From Paraspadella gotoi (taxonomy: Eukaryota; Animalia; Chaetognatha), in the NCBI GenBank assembly GCA_051294375.1, contig CM119266.1, positions 17,602,087 to 17,666,086 on the forward strand: DNA of 64,000 nt. Direction: 5' to 3'. Positions 51,803 through 63,952 of the stretch are shown piece by piece. How positions within the stretch are numbered: the first letter of the stretch is position 1; every line of letters starts with the position of its first letter. The position numbers and the translations under genes are program-made. The notes beneath the pieces are model-generated. The model was not told where the DNA came from and ran no database searches. It worked only from the letters and a program-made list of their open reading frames with translations.

Positions 51803-54800
51803 CAGCGATTTCGTCCACCATTTAGACTGAATGGAACGGAAAACCATGAATGAAATGAAATGATGTTATAGAATTATAGCTGTAGTTTAACCATATTTCA
51901 TAATGAAAAAATAAAATGATTTTTATGAATTAAATATAAAAACGGAACAAACAATATAAAAATTAATTATTGTTTATAAATCTACAAATTATTGAAAAAA
52001 GCTGAAAAAAAAATAGTAATTCGAAACATTATATGTTTTTAAATATTCAAATTATGAAAAAAATGAATAAAATTTGAGGTCTAGTAAGTTACCCAACTTA
52101 ATTCTATTCTCACAATGTACCTCGGGTGTTCTTTACTCTAAATATGACGTAACTTATCCAAAAACCAATGGCCAATCCCAAACGCGATCCTCCAGCTAAT
52201 TCCGATCCAAGTCTCTCACCTTTCTTGGTTTTTTCCGTAGGGGCGTGGAGTGGATGCCGTCGCATCGCGTCGGAGAACGATCCCCCCTCGATCGGCCTCA
52301 GGACGCCCTTCACCAAGATAAGGAGGACGCCGCCGTTGGCAGCAGCGGCGAGATTGGCGGAGTTTGAAGGCGGGTCACCTTCGTAGCGGGTCGCTTTGCC
52401 TTGACGTAGATGGAGCCTTGGGGAAAGGGAGCGAACAGGGAGCGACGGAAAGTGGGGGAATAAAGTGGGCGAGGGAATGGGGAGGAGGGACGGGGTAGAT
52501 ATAAAGAGGGAGGGAGAGGGAAAGATAAAAAGAAAATTAGATTAATAAAAATATTACATAAATATAAATATAATATTAAAAATTTTTCCCCTCTTTATAA
52601 AAAAAAAAATCAACTGCTTTATAACAAAATAGTCGGACTGACAGGTTGTCAAATGATACCGTTACCCAGACAAACCATACTTACCATCTTTTAGTTCGAG
52701 TATCTCTATATTGTTTTTAAAATTCTGCATCCCGTGACGTTAGCGACGGCGCCAATAATATTGTTTTTAACTCCTCCTTGTCGGCTTCGCTTAATGACGA
52801 ATAATCGTCATCGATTTCAAATCGGAAATAATGATGGGAGACGATATTTTTCGCCAACGTCGTCAACTGGAGCGGAAAGGGTGGAGCAAATTAATGAGGA
52901 TCTCTGCCCTTTACAATCACGTTAAAAGTGTGAGCAAAGCAGAGAGGCAGTTTACATTCTGATGGAATGAAAAGGGAGAGGGTGCGAAAAAAAAAAATAT
53001 TTACAGGACTCGCACCCCTGGACTAGCAGTCAAACTGAGGTTTGTAACAGAAAGACAGACCGACGGATAACCGTCCTTCGGAGCCCCCATTAAAAATAAT
53101 ATCATAAGGACGCAAATAAAGCACAAACCGGGAGCGTTTGCTGATTCAAGGGAATTTTTATCCCCCCGACGGTAAGGTTCATCGGACCCGCAGCCAACTT
53201 TTCCTTCAACTCTGCGGTTTTGTTGGCGAGCGAAGAGATCGAGTCGGAGTCTCCGCTCACGGAGGAAACTTTGAAGGCGACGATGATGCTTCCTGTGAAG
53301 AACGAGGAGAAGGAGAAGTGAAGAAGGAGGAGGAGGGTAGGAAAGAATGAAGAAGAGCAAGAGGAAAAAACGGGGGGGGGGGAAATACGAAAAGTTTAAG
53401 AAATGATTCCATACGAAGTACAGAACGCTCTTCTCTTTCTCATCCGCTTTCGGGCTTGATTAGTTTTCACGCTCACTGGCGGTTATTGGTCTAGCCACAC
53501 TCTATTTTCACTCACCCTCAGTTATATTTAAGATCGTCACGTTGTTGAATAAACGCTGAGTTCAACTGCTATGGACTCGGTAAAACTTCTCTCGAAAGCC
53601 GCCCTTTTCTCCGGAGTACCGACAACTTCTGTGTAGTTTGCTTGAAGTTCAAGTGACGCGGAATACGTCTGTTTTTGGAGAGAGGAGAAGTTGTAAAGAA
53701 AGATGAGATGGGGGAAAAGAGACGGAGAGAAGAGAGAAAAAATAAAGAGAAAGAGGGAGAGTTGGAAAAGGGAGAAAGAGAGAGAAAAAGTGAAGAAAAC
53801 AAAGGGAAAAAAGTAAACGGAGGAAGAGTAAAAGGAAGAGAAGAGAAAAAGGAAGGAACAATGGAAAAGAGAAGAAAAGGAAGGAAGGAGAGAAAAAAGA
53901 AGAAAGAGAAGAAAATGGAAGAGGAGAGAAAATGTCCAGTGAGATAGAAGGGAGAAGGAGTTGAAATATATTCCGAATTAAAAACCTTCAAAATTTACCA
54001 CAGGGCTTGAAACTGCCGGGTATTCTGGTACTGCAGTGACTGGAGATGCTGTTGAGACTGAATCAGCGGTCGATGCTTCACTGATGTTAGCGGTCATTGC
54101 CGTACCATCAGTGGGAGTTGCTTCACTTGCAGTCGCCGATGCTGTTGCTCCACTTGCGGCTGTGGCAGCAGTGACTCCCTCGGTGGCCGTAGCTTCACTT
54201 GCAGAAGCTGTTGCTCCACTTGCCGTGACTGTAGCAGCCATAGTACCAGAAGTGGCCGTAGCTTCGCTTGCAGCAGCTGTTGCTTCACTTGCCGTGGCTG
54301 AAGCGGCCGTATTGCCGGCGGTGGACATAGCTTCGCTTGCAGCAGCTGTTGCTCCACTTTCCGTGACTGTAGCAGCCGTATTGCCGGCAGTGGCCGTAGC
54401 TTCGCTTGCAGCAACTGTTGCTTCACTTGCCGTGGCTGTAGCAGCCGTATTGCCGGCAGTGGCCGTAGCTTCGCTTGCAGCAGCTGTTGCTCCACTTTCC
54501 GTGACTGTAGCAGCCGTATTGCCGGCAGTGGCCGTAGCTTCGCTTGCAGCAACTGTTGCTTCACTTGCCGTGGCTGTAGCAGCAGTAGCCCCAGCGGTCG
54601 CTGTCGAATCACTGACTCCCGCCGTAGCTGCTGTTGCGTTCCCCTAGCCGTGGCAGCGGTGGCTGCTTCAGTAGCAGATGCAGCGGTTGCGTTAACCGCT
54701 GCAGTGGCCGCGTCGGTGGAAGCGGCTGTGGCGGCATCGGTGGCAGCGGCTGTCATATCGTTCGAGGTGGACGCCGCGTCGGTGGCGGTCGCTGCGGTGG

Positions 54801-55963
54801 CCGCAATCACTTCCTCGACGCCGACGGTTTGTGTCGGAAAGATGAAATGAGACTGAACCGACGGAGATGGTTCGATTCGCGGCCGACAAACTGGTTTTAA
54901 AATCTGTCGTCTTGTTGGTTAAAGTTTCCATGGAAACGGAATCGTCGCTCTTGGACGTCACACGAAATCGACGTTGATGAAGGAGCCTGGGAATTTTTAG
55001 ATCGATCGATCATTAGGGAGATTTAATTGATTGATTAATGATTATTCGAGTGATTGAAAGAATGAATTGATTGAACAAGTAGATTGATTGATTGATAGAT
55101 TGATGATTTGATTCAATGAGAGGAAGATAAATAGTTTATCAACTTTAACGGAGTAAATTAACGAATGATTGAATGAATGAATGAATGAATGAATGAATGA
55201 ATGAATGAATGAATAAATGAATGAATGAATAAAATTTGTTTGATTCATTGATAGACCTTGCTAATGTTTCCAATTTTACGCCTTGTCGGCTTTGCTTCCC
55301 CCCCACCCCCACCACACCATCACCAACCTCCAACGTCGGTCACATTGCCGACAGTCACGTTGTCGGTATAGACGTCGAGCTCCGAGGCGAAAGCGGCGGC
55401 CAAGTCGGTCTTAAAGGCCTCCAGAGTGCTGGAGTTGTCCAGCCCCCGCTCCGTGAAGTTGGCGGCGAAGGTGACGTTGACGTCGAAGGTCGTCGCGGCG
55501 ATCGTCGCGGGACGTTCGTCGTTAAGATCGTCGTCGTCGTCGCTAAGAAGACGACGACGAACCAGGATGGGGCTTTTTTTGGAGGGGGGGGTCAAAAAGG
55601 CAGGGGGGGTGAAGGAGGTGATGAACGAATAAAAGAAATTTATAAATTAATAAGTAACGAATGAAAAGTTAATAAGTATATAACTAAGTAAAAAAAAGAG
55701 AAAAAAAAAAGGTATATTAAGGATCATAAATTGATTGATGAAAAACTGAAAAAAAAAATGAATATATAAATGGTTTTCTTAATCGACTCCCGTCAGATTG
55801 ACTGTCGGAGAAAATCTACCGAACTAATCCTAGTTTCATCTGTTTGCTTCAGATGAACAAATTTCGCTGTAATAATTAGATTATCTAACAATTTTCTCTT
55901 TCATTTTAGGCTGAAGTCTAATTTTGGAAGAAAAAAAATCCTTTCACTCACCAGAAATCGTCA
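51803..55963 (-). pseudogene. Inverted, frameshifted and truncated copy of the SEA mucin exons (artefactual copy or pseudogene)
   Basis: ORFs 55320-55595, 54692-54961, 53978-54328 and 52110-52316 are broken mirrors of the + strand exons; frameshifts near 54645, 54850 and 54965; truncated inside the TM exon at the gap. Confidence 0.65.
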
Positions 55964-56341
55964 TTTTTTTTTTTTATTTATAATAATAATCGACTTTTAT
56001 TGATTTGGTTAAATCAATTAATCTTCGAGCGTTTGTAGGTTTTTTTTTGTTATTAAAATTTTGGAAATCAAAAGTTGTCCAGCTGTATATTTTTTTATAA
56101 AGCGAAACATGGAATACAATAAATTGGTTTATACTTTATATTTTTTTCTTTTCTTTTTCTAATACTTATGCTGTTTCAATATTTTCGTTCGAATGAACTG
56201 ATTTTTTTTTTCGAAGGTCGGGAAACGTCGTCGTCGTCGTTGTCGTCGTCGTTGTCGTCGTCGTCGTCGTCGTCGCTGTCGACCATGTTGTCCACGTTTC
56301 AAGGAACCATGACGACGAAATTCGACACAAGAACGAGACAG

Positions 56342-56420
<79 letters not shown>

Positions 56421-56878
56421 AGAGAAGAGAATATAGAGAGGAAGAGATCTGTTTCCAGGCGCCAGCCCACCCCCCCCAAACGAAATCGAAGGTCATGCTA
56501 ACGTTCATGGCCGTGGCACCATCAATGACACCATGCCATCGTTAATGTCACCATGCCACCAATCATGGCACCATGCCACAATTAATGACACCATGCCATC
56601 GTTAATGTCACCATGCCACCAATCATGCACCATGCCACAATTAATGAATCCACCATCCATCGTCACCATGCCAGGCATGCCACGATAAAACCAAGCCGCG
56701 ATTTATAAACCATGCCACTATATATTACACCATGCCACCATGACAAAATTCATGGTACCATGCCTCAATTTTCTTTTGTCCTGCTCTCTTTTCATTCCTC
56801 AATTTTAAATATTCCTTTTCCAATCATAACTTTCTTAGACTGCACTTTCCTTTTTCTACTTTCCCGTCTCTCTCTCTA

Positions 56879-56969
<91 letters not shown>

Positions 56970-57099
56970 TAGATAGAGAGAGAGACGGGAAAGGTAGCAA
57001 AAAGGAAAGTGCAGTCTAAGAAAGTTATGATTGGAAAAGGAATATTTAAAATTGAGGAATGAAAAGAGAGCAGGACAAAAGAAAATTGAGGCATGGTAC

Positions 57100-57350
57100 C
57101 ATGAATTTTGTCATGGTGGCATGGTGTAATATATAGTGGCATGGTTTCATAAATCGCGGCTTGGTTTTATCGTGGCATGCCTGGCATGGTGACATGGATG
57201 GTGGCATGGTGTCATTAATTGTGGCATGGTGCATGATTGGTGGCATGGTGACATTAACGATGGCATGGTGTCATTAATTGTGGCATGGTGCCATGATTGG
57301 TGGCATGGTGACATTAACGATGGCATGGTGTCATTGATGGTGCCACGGCC
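57100..57350 (+). repeat. Minisatellite: 60-bp higher-order unit built from three about 20-bp GGCATGGTG subunits (mirrored at 56515-56765)
   Basis: tggcatggtgacattaacgatggcatggtgtcattaattgtggcatggtgccatgattgg repeated. Confidence 0.85.
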
Positions 57351-57428
57351 ATGAACGTTAGCATGACCTTCGATTTCGTTTGGGGGGGGTGGGCTGGCGT
57401 CTGGAAGACCCAGAATCTCTTCCTCTCT

Positions 57429-57524
<96 letters not shown>

Positions 57525-57590
57525 CTGTCTCGTTCTTGTGTCGAATTTCGTCGTCATGGTTCCTTGGAAACGTGGACAACATGGTCGACA

Positions 57591-57622
<32 letters not shown>

Positions 57623-57911
57623 AACGACGACGACAACGACGACGACGACGTTTCCCGACCTTCGAAAAAAAAAATCAGTTCATTCGAACGAAAATATTGA
57701 AACAGCATAAGTATTAGAAAAAAGAAAGAAAAAAATATAAAGTATAAACCAATTTATTGTATTCCATGTTTCGCTTTATAAAAAATATACAGCTGGACAA
57801 CTTTTGATTTCCAAAATTTTAATAACAAAAAAAAAACCTACAAACGCTCGAAGATTAATTGATTTAACCAAATCAATAAAAGTCGATTATTATTATAAAT
57901 AAAAAAACAAA

Positions 57912-60900
57912 ATGACGATTTCTGGTGAGTGAAAGGATTTTTTTTTCTTCCAAAATTACGACTTCAGCCTAAAATGAAAGAGAAAATTGTTAGATAATCT
58001 AATTATTACAGCGAAATTTGTTCATCTGAAGCAAACAGATGAAACTAGGATTAGTTCGGTAGATTTCTCCGACAGTCAATCTGACGGGAGTCGATTAAGA
58101 AAACCATTTATATATTCAGTTTTTTTTTTCAGTTTTTCAATCAATCAATTTATGATCCTTAATATACCTTTTTTTTTCTCTCTCTTTTTTACTTAGTTAT
58201 ATACTTATTAACTTTTTCATTCGTTACTTATTAATTTATAAATTTCTTTTATTCGTTCATCACCTCCTTCACCCCCCCTGCCTTTTTGACCCCCCCCTCC
58301 AAAAAAAGCCCCATCCTGGTTCGTCGTCGTCTTCTTAGCGACGACGACGACGATCTTAACGACGAACGTCCCGCGACGATCGCCGCGACGACCTTCGACG
58401 TCAACGTCACCTTCGCCGCCAACTTCACGGAGCGGGGGCTGGACAACTCCAGCACTCTGGAGGCCTTTAAGACCGACTTGGCCGCCGCTTTCGCCTCGGA
58501 GCTCGACGTCTATACCGACAACGTGACTGTCGGCAATGTGACCGACGTTGGAGGTTGGTGATGGTGTGGTGGGGGTGGGGGGGAAGCAAAGCCGACAAGG
58601 CGTAAAATTGGAAACATTAGCAAGGTCTATCAATGAATCAAACAAACGAATCCGTTTATTTATTCGTTCATTCATTCATTCGTTAATTCATTCATTAATT
58701 CGTTAATTCATTCATTCATTGATTCATTCAATCATTCGTTAATTCACATCCGTTAAAGTTGATTAAACTATTTATCTTCCTCTCATTGAATCAAATCATC
58801 AATCTATCAATCAATCAATCTACTTGTTCAATCAATTCATTCTTTCAATCACTCGAATAATCATTAATCAATCAATTAAATCTCCCTAATGATCGATCGA
58901 TCTAAAAATTCCCAGGCTCCTTCATCAACGTCGATTTCCGTGTGACGTCCAAGAGCGACGATTCCGTTTCCATGGAAACTTTAACCAACAAGACGACAGA
59001 TTTTAAAACCAGTTTGTCGGCCGCGAATCGAACCATCTCCGTCGGTTCAGTCTCCTTCATCTTTCCGACACAAACCGTCGGCGTCGAGGAAGTGATTGCG
59101 GCCACCGCAGCGACTGCCACCGACGCGGCGTCCACCTCGAACGATATGACAGCCGCTGCCACCGATGCCGCCACAGCCGCTTCCACCGACGCGGCCACTG
59201 CAGCGGTTAACGCAACCGCTGCATCTGCTACTGAAGCAGCCACCGCTGCCACGGCTATGGGGAACGCAACAGCAGCTACGGCGGGAGTCAGTGATTCGAC
59301 AGCGACCGCTGGGGCTACTGCTGCTACAGCCACGGCAAGTGAAGCAACAGTTGCTGCAAGCGAAGCTACGGCCACTGCCGGCAATACGGCTGCTACAGTC
59401 ACGGAAAGTGGAGCAACAGCTGCTGCAAGCGAAGCTACGGCCACTGCCGGCAATACGGCTGCTACAGCCACGGCAAGTGAAGCAACAGTTGCTGCAAGCG
59501 AAGCTACGGCCACTGCCGGCAATACGGCTGCTACAGTCACGGAAAGTGGAGCAACAGCTGCTGCAAGCGAAGCTATGTCCACCGCCGGCAATACGGCCGC
59601 TTCAGCCACGGCAAGTGAAGCAACAGCTGCTGCAAGCGAAGCTACGGCCACTTCTGGTACTATGGCTGCTACAGTCACGGCAAGTGGAGCAACAGCTTCT
59701 GCAAGTGAAGCTACGGCCACCGAGGGAGTCACTGCTGCCACAGCCGCAAGTGGAGCAACAGCATCGGCGACTGCAAGTGAAGCAACTCCCACTGATGGTA
59801 CGGCAATGACCGCTAACGTCAGTGAAGCATCGACCGCTGATTCAGTCTCAACAGCATCTCCAGTCACTGCAGTACCAGAATACCCGGCAGTTTCAAGCCC
59901 TGTGGTAAATTTTGAAGGTTTTTAATTCGGAATATATTTCAACTCCTTCTCCCTTCTATCTCACTGGACATTTTCTCTCCTCCTTCCATTTTCTTCTCTT
60001 TTCTTCTTTTTTCTCTCCTTCCTTCCTTTTCTTCTCTTTTTCCATTGTTCCTTCCTTTTTCTCTTCTCTTCCTTTTACTCTTCCTCCGTTTACTTTTTTC
60101 CCTTTGTTTTCTTCACTTTTTCTCTCTCTTTCTCCCTTTTCCAACTCTCCCCTCTTTCTCTTTATTTTTTCTCTCTTCTCTCCGTCTCTATTCCCCCCAT
60201 CTCATCTTTCTTTACAACTTCTCCTCTCTCCCAAAAACAGACGTATTCCGCGTCACTTGAACTTCAAGCAAACTACACAGAAGTTGTCGGTACTCCGGAG
60301 AAAAGGGCGGCTTTCGAGAGAAGTTTTACCGAGTCCATAGCAGTTGAACTCAGCGTTTATTCCAACAACGTGACGATCTTAAATATAACTGAGGGTGAGT
60401 GAAAATAGAGCGTGGCTAGACCAATAACCGCCAGTGAGCGTGAAAACTAATCAAGCCCGAAAGCGGATGAGAAAGAGAGGAGCGTTTTTTCCGTTTTTTC
60501 CTCTTGCTCTTCTTCATTCTTTCCTACCCTCCTCCTCCTCCTTCACTTCTCCTTCTCCTCGTTCTTCCACAGGAAGCATCATCGTCGCCTTCAAAGTTTC
60601 CTCCGTGAGCGGAGACTCCGACTCGATCTCTTCGCTCGCCAACAAAACCGCAGAGTTGAAGGAAAAGTTGGCTGCGGGTCCGATGAACCTTACCGTCGGG
60701 GGGATAAAAATTCCCTTGAATCAGCAAACGCTCCCGGTTTGTACTTTATTTGCGTCCTTATGATATTATTTTTAATGGCGGCTCCGAAGGACGGTTATCC
60801 GTCGGTCTGTCTTTCTGTTACAACCTCAGTTTGACTGCTAGTCCAGGGGTGCGAGTCCTGTAAATATTTTTTTTTTTCGCACCCTCTCCCTTTTTCATTC

Positions 60901-62405
60901 CATCAGAAATGTAAACTGCCTCTCTGCTTTGCTCCACACTTTTAACGTGATTGTAAAGGGCAGAGATCCTCATTAATTTGCTCCACCCTTTCCGCTCCAG
61001 TTGACGACGTTGGCGAAAAATATCGTCTCCCATCATTATTTCCGATTTGAAATCGATGACGATTATTCGTCATTAAGCGAAGCCGACAAGGAGGAGTTAA
61101 AAACAAATATTATTGGCGCCGTCGCTAACGTCACGGGATGGCAGAATTTTAAAAACAATATAGAGATACTCGAACTAAAAGATGGTAAGTATGGTTTGTC
61201 TGGGTAACGGTATCATTTGACAACCTGTCAGTCCGACTATTTTGTTATAAAGCAGTTGATTTTTTTTTTTATAAAGAGGGGAAAAAATTTTTAATATATA
61301 TTTATATTTATGTAATATTTTTATTAATCTAATTTTCTTTTTATCTTTCCCTCTCCCTCCCTCTTTATATCTACCCCGTCCCCTACCTCCCCATTCCCTC
61401 GCCCACTTTATTTCCCCCACTTTCCCTCGCTCCCTGTTCGCTCCCTGTACCCAAGGCTCCATCTACGTCCAAGGCAAAGCGACCCGCTACGAAGGTGACC
61501 CGCCCTTCAACTCCGCCAATCTCGCCGCTGCTGCCAACGGCGGCGTCCTCCTTATCTTGGTGAAGGGCGTCCTGAGGCCGATCGAGGGGGGATCGTTCTC
61601 CGACGCGATGCCGACGGCATCCACTCCAGCGCCCCCTACGGAAAAACCCAAGAAAGGTGAGAGACTTGGATCGGAATTAGCTGGAGGATCGCGTTTGGGA
61701 TTGGCCATTGGTTTTTGGGATAAGTTACGTCATATTTAGAGTAAAGAACCACCCGAGGTACATTGTGAGAATAGAATTAAGTTGGGTAACTTACTAGACC
61801 TCCAAATTTTATTCATTTTTTTCAATAATTTGAATATTTAAAAACATATAATGTTTCGAATTACTATTTTTTTTTTCAGCTTTTTTCAATAATTTGTAGA
61901 TTTATAAACAATAATTAATTTTTATATTGTTTGTTCCGTTTTTATATTTAATTCATAAAAATCATTTTATTTTTTCATTATGAAATATGGTTAAACTACA
62001 GCTATAATTCTATAACATCATTTCATTTCATTCATTGGTTTTCCGTTCATTCAGGTCTAAATGGTGGAGAAATCGCTGGAATTGTTGTCGGCATTTTATT
62101 GGCCATTGTCATCATCATCGTCATCATCGTCGTTTGCTGTAAAAAAGCAGGAGCCAAAGTGGCCAACTCTGATGAGGAAAAAGGAGGTAAAAATGAAAAA
62201 CGAATGTAAAAAATAAACTTATTTAAAACAAATACATGAATTCTTGAATTACATACATTTTAGCCTAGAATGTGGGCCAAAAAAGCTAAAAGATTTGGCA
62301 ACGAATTTTTGTTGAATATTTATAATTTCTTGTTAAGCTTTTGTTTTTTTGCAAATTATACGAATGTCAGTATATCTTTCTTTCTTATAGTTATACCTTA
62401 CTATG

Positions 62406-62445
<40 letters not shown>

Positions 62446-63952
62446 TCTCTCTCTCGTTATATTTCTCTCTCTCCACACCAAAGGCTTTTCATCCAAACCG
62501 GATGGAACTGAACAAGTGGTCGCGACTGTCGCCTCTTGAATTTAGCTCATTTTCCTTTTTGTTTTTATGGTAAGAAAGTTCGTTCCTTTAACCGCGACCA
62601 CCAATTTTTGACCAATCACAGGCTTCGCCCTCTTCCCATTCTCCAATCACAGGCTTTCCCCTTTCCAGTCACTGTACGTTCAAAATCACGGTTTTTACAC
62701 TAAAATTTATCTTGGAGTCCCATATTGCAGAAAATAATTTTCTAATCATCTAAAATAGCAAAACTCATTTATTTTTACAAAGCAGCATGAGCGGATAGCT
62801 ATTATTGACTTATTAAATTTTTGCAACATTCTATAACGGTGAAAACTACACCATTGCTGAGTGCGTACTTTTAAAAAAAAATGGGCAAGGTGGTGGAGGC
62901 CTAAAGCTTTTAATTCTTTGATTTTTAAAAAAATAAGAACTCTCAAAATAATTAGAAATAATTAAAATAATGAAAACATTAATTTTCTTTTTTTTTCTAT
63001 TTCTTTTTTTATTGTAAATCCAAAAGATGAAAACAAAGCTGCTTCATCACAAAACAACCACAAAAACAAAAAAACTCAAGGTGAGTTAGTTGCTTGGTCA
63101 GTTTCACGCCTTACCATATTAGGTGCATGCCCACTCGGCATTGCCCAGGTTGGTCTTTCCTCACGCTTTTTTTGCTTGATGAAAGACTTCATTAATATTA
63201 AACAAAAAAATAATATTTTACCTTTACGTGTCTCGTTTTAAGACTAAAAACCTTTTTATATGATTAAACATTATAGAATCATAAAATATTAAACGCTAAA
63301 ATAACTTTTCTTATTCATTTAAAATTTAATATTTGAAGCCTGGAAAGATAAGTCAGGTAACGACTTACGTTACTTTTTCAATAAAGGAATGGTATTTGTT
63401 AGTACCGGTCAATTTTACTTTATAAATTTTTCCGTGATTTATTTGAATTGACGTTTAAAATATAATGAAATGAAACAACTAAATTTAATCATCAAATGAC
63501 CACAAAGATTTCTAGTCTTTAATTTGTCTGTATCGGATTGATTTTAATGGTTTTTTATTTCAAATCAACGTACATATAACTAAATTTAATTTTCAGACGG
63601 AACCGAGGAAACCAGAAGAGGAGAATCTCATCGCAATGACAAAGATCATGACAGACACAAAAGTGACAAACATTACGACAGACACGGTAGTGACAGAAAC
63701 GATGAGAAGTCCAGACGCGAAAGAAACGATGACAGAACTTATGACAAAAATTATGACAGAAACTATGACAGAAACAATGACAGAGACAGAAACAACGACA
63801 GAGACAGAAACAATGACAGAGACAGAGACAGAAACAATGACAGAGACAGAGACAGAAACAATGACAGAGACAGAGACAGAACCGGTAGCGGAAGACCGGA
63901 AAGACATGGCGAACCAGAGAGCGAATACGATCGTCGTCCTCATCAGGATTAA
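57912..63952 (+). CDS. Type I transmembrane mucin with three SEA-like domains, Ala/Thr-rich repeat region and Arg/Asp-rich cytoplasmic tail, about 830 aa
   Basis: Exons 57912-57924 (tentative), 58309-58553, 58916-59904, 60241-60394, 60573-60736, 61001-61184, 61456-61656, 62055-62186, 63027-63080 and 63597-63952. All GT-AG and phase-consistent; one +1 base is needed near 58371 to join the signal peptide. SEA-type motifs GSFINV, GSIIVAF, GSIYVQG; many N-x-S/T sequons; TM EIAGIVVGILLAIVIIIVIIVVCC followed by KK. Confidence 0.82.
59320..59800 (+). repeat. Coding 60-bp tandem repeat (20 aa Ala/Thr/Ser), arranged partly as 120-bp dimers
   Basis: Alternating ATASEATVAASEATATAGNT and AATVTESGATAAASEATATAGNT type units. 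Confidence 0.9.
62484..62539 (+). CDS. Possible alternative terminal exon of the SEA mucin (GFSSKPDGTEQVVATVAS*)
   Basis: Pyrimidine tract plus aag acceptor at 62482-62483, in phase with the donor after 62186; stop at 62537-62539; gtaaga donor at about 62570. Confidence 0.4.

Larger units (their letters stand above)
51803..62078. repeat. About 10.3 kb palindrome (arms 51803-56936 and 56937-62078) centred on a (CT)n/(AG)n junction; probably a fold-back assembly artefact
   Basis: Left arm is the reverse complement of the right arm, starts immediately after a 25-N gap, and carries many 1-bp indels. Confidence 0.95.

Noticed and set aside
53978-55595. Second functional mucin gene on the minus strand
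   Set aside because: Frameshifted, truncated at a gap, and a mirror of the + strand gene
56515-57350. Regularly spaced CACCATGCCA repeats as a CRISPR-like array
   Set aside because: Spacers are short and themselves repeated; eukaryotic minisatellite, no cas genes
58902-59867. 321-aa Ala/Val-rich minus-strand ORF and 214-aa Gln/Leu ORF
   Set aside because: Antisense and alternate-frame shadows of the mucin repeat exon
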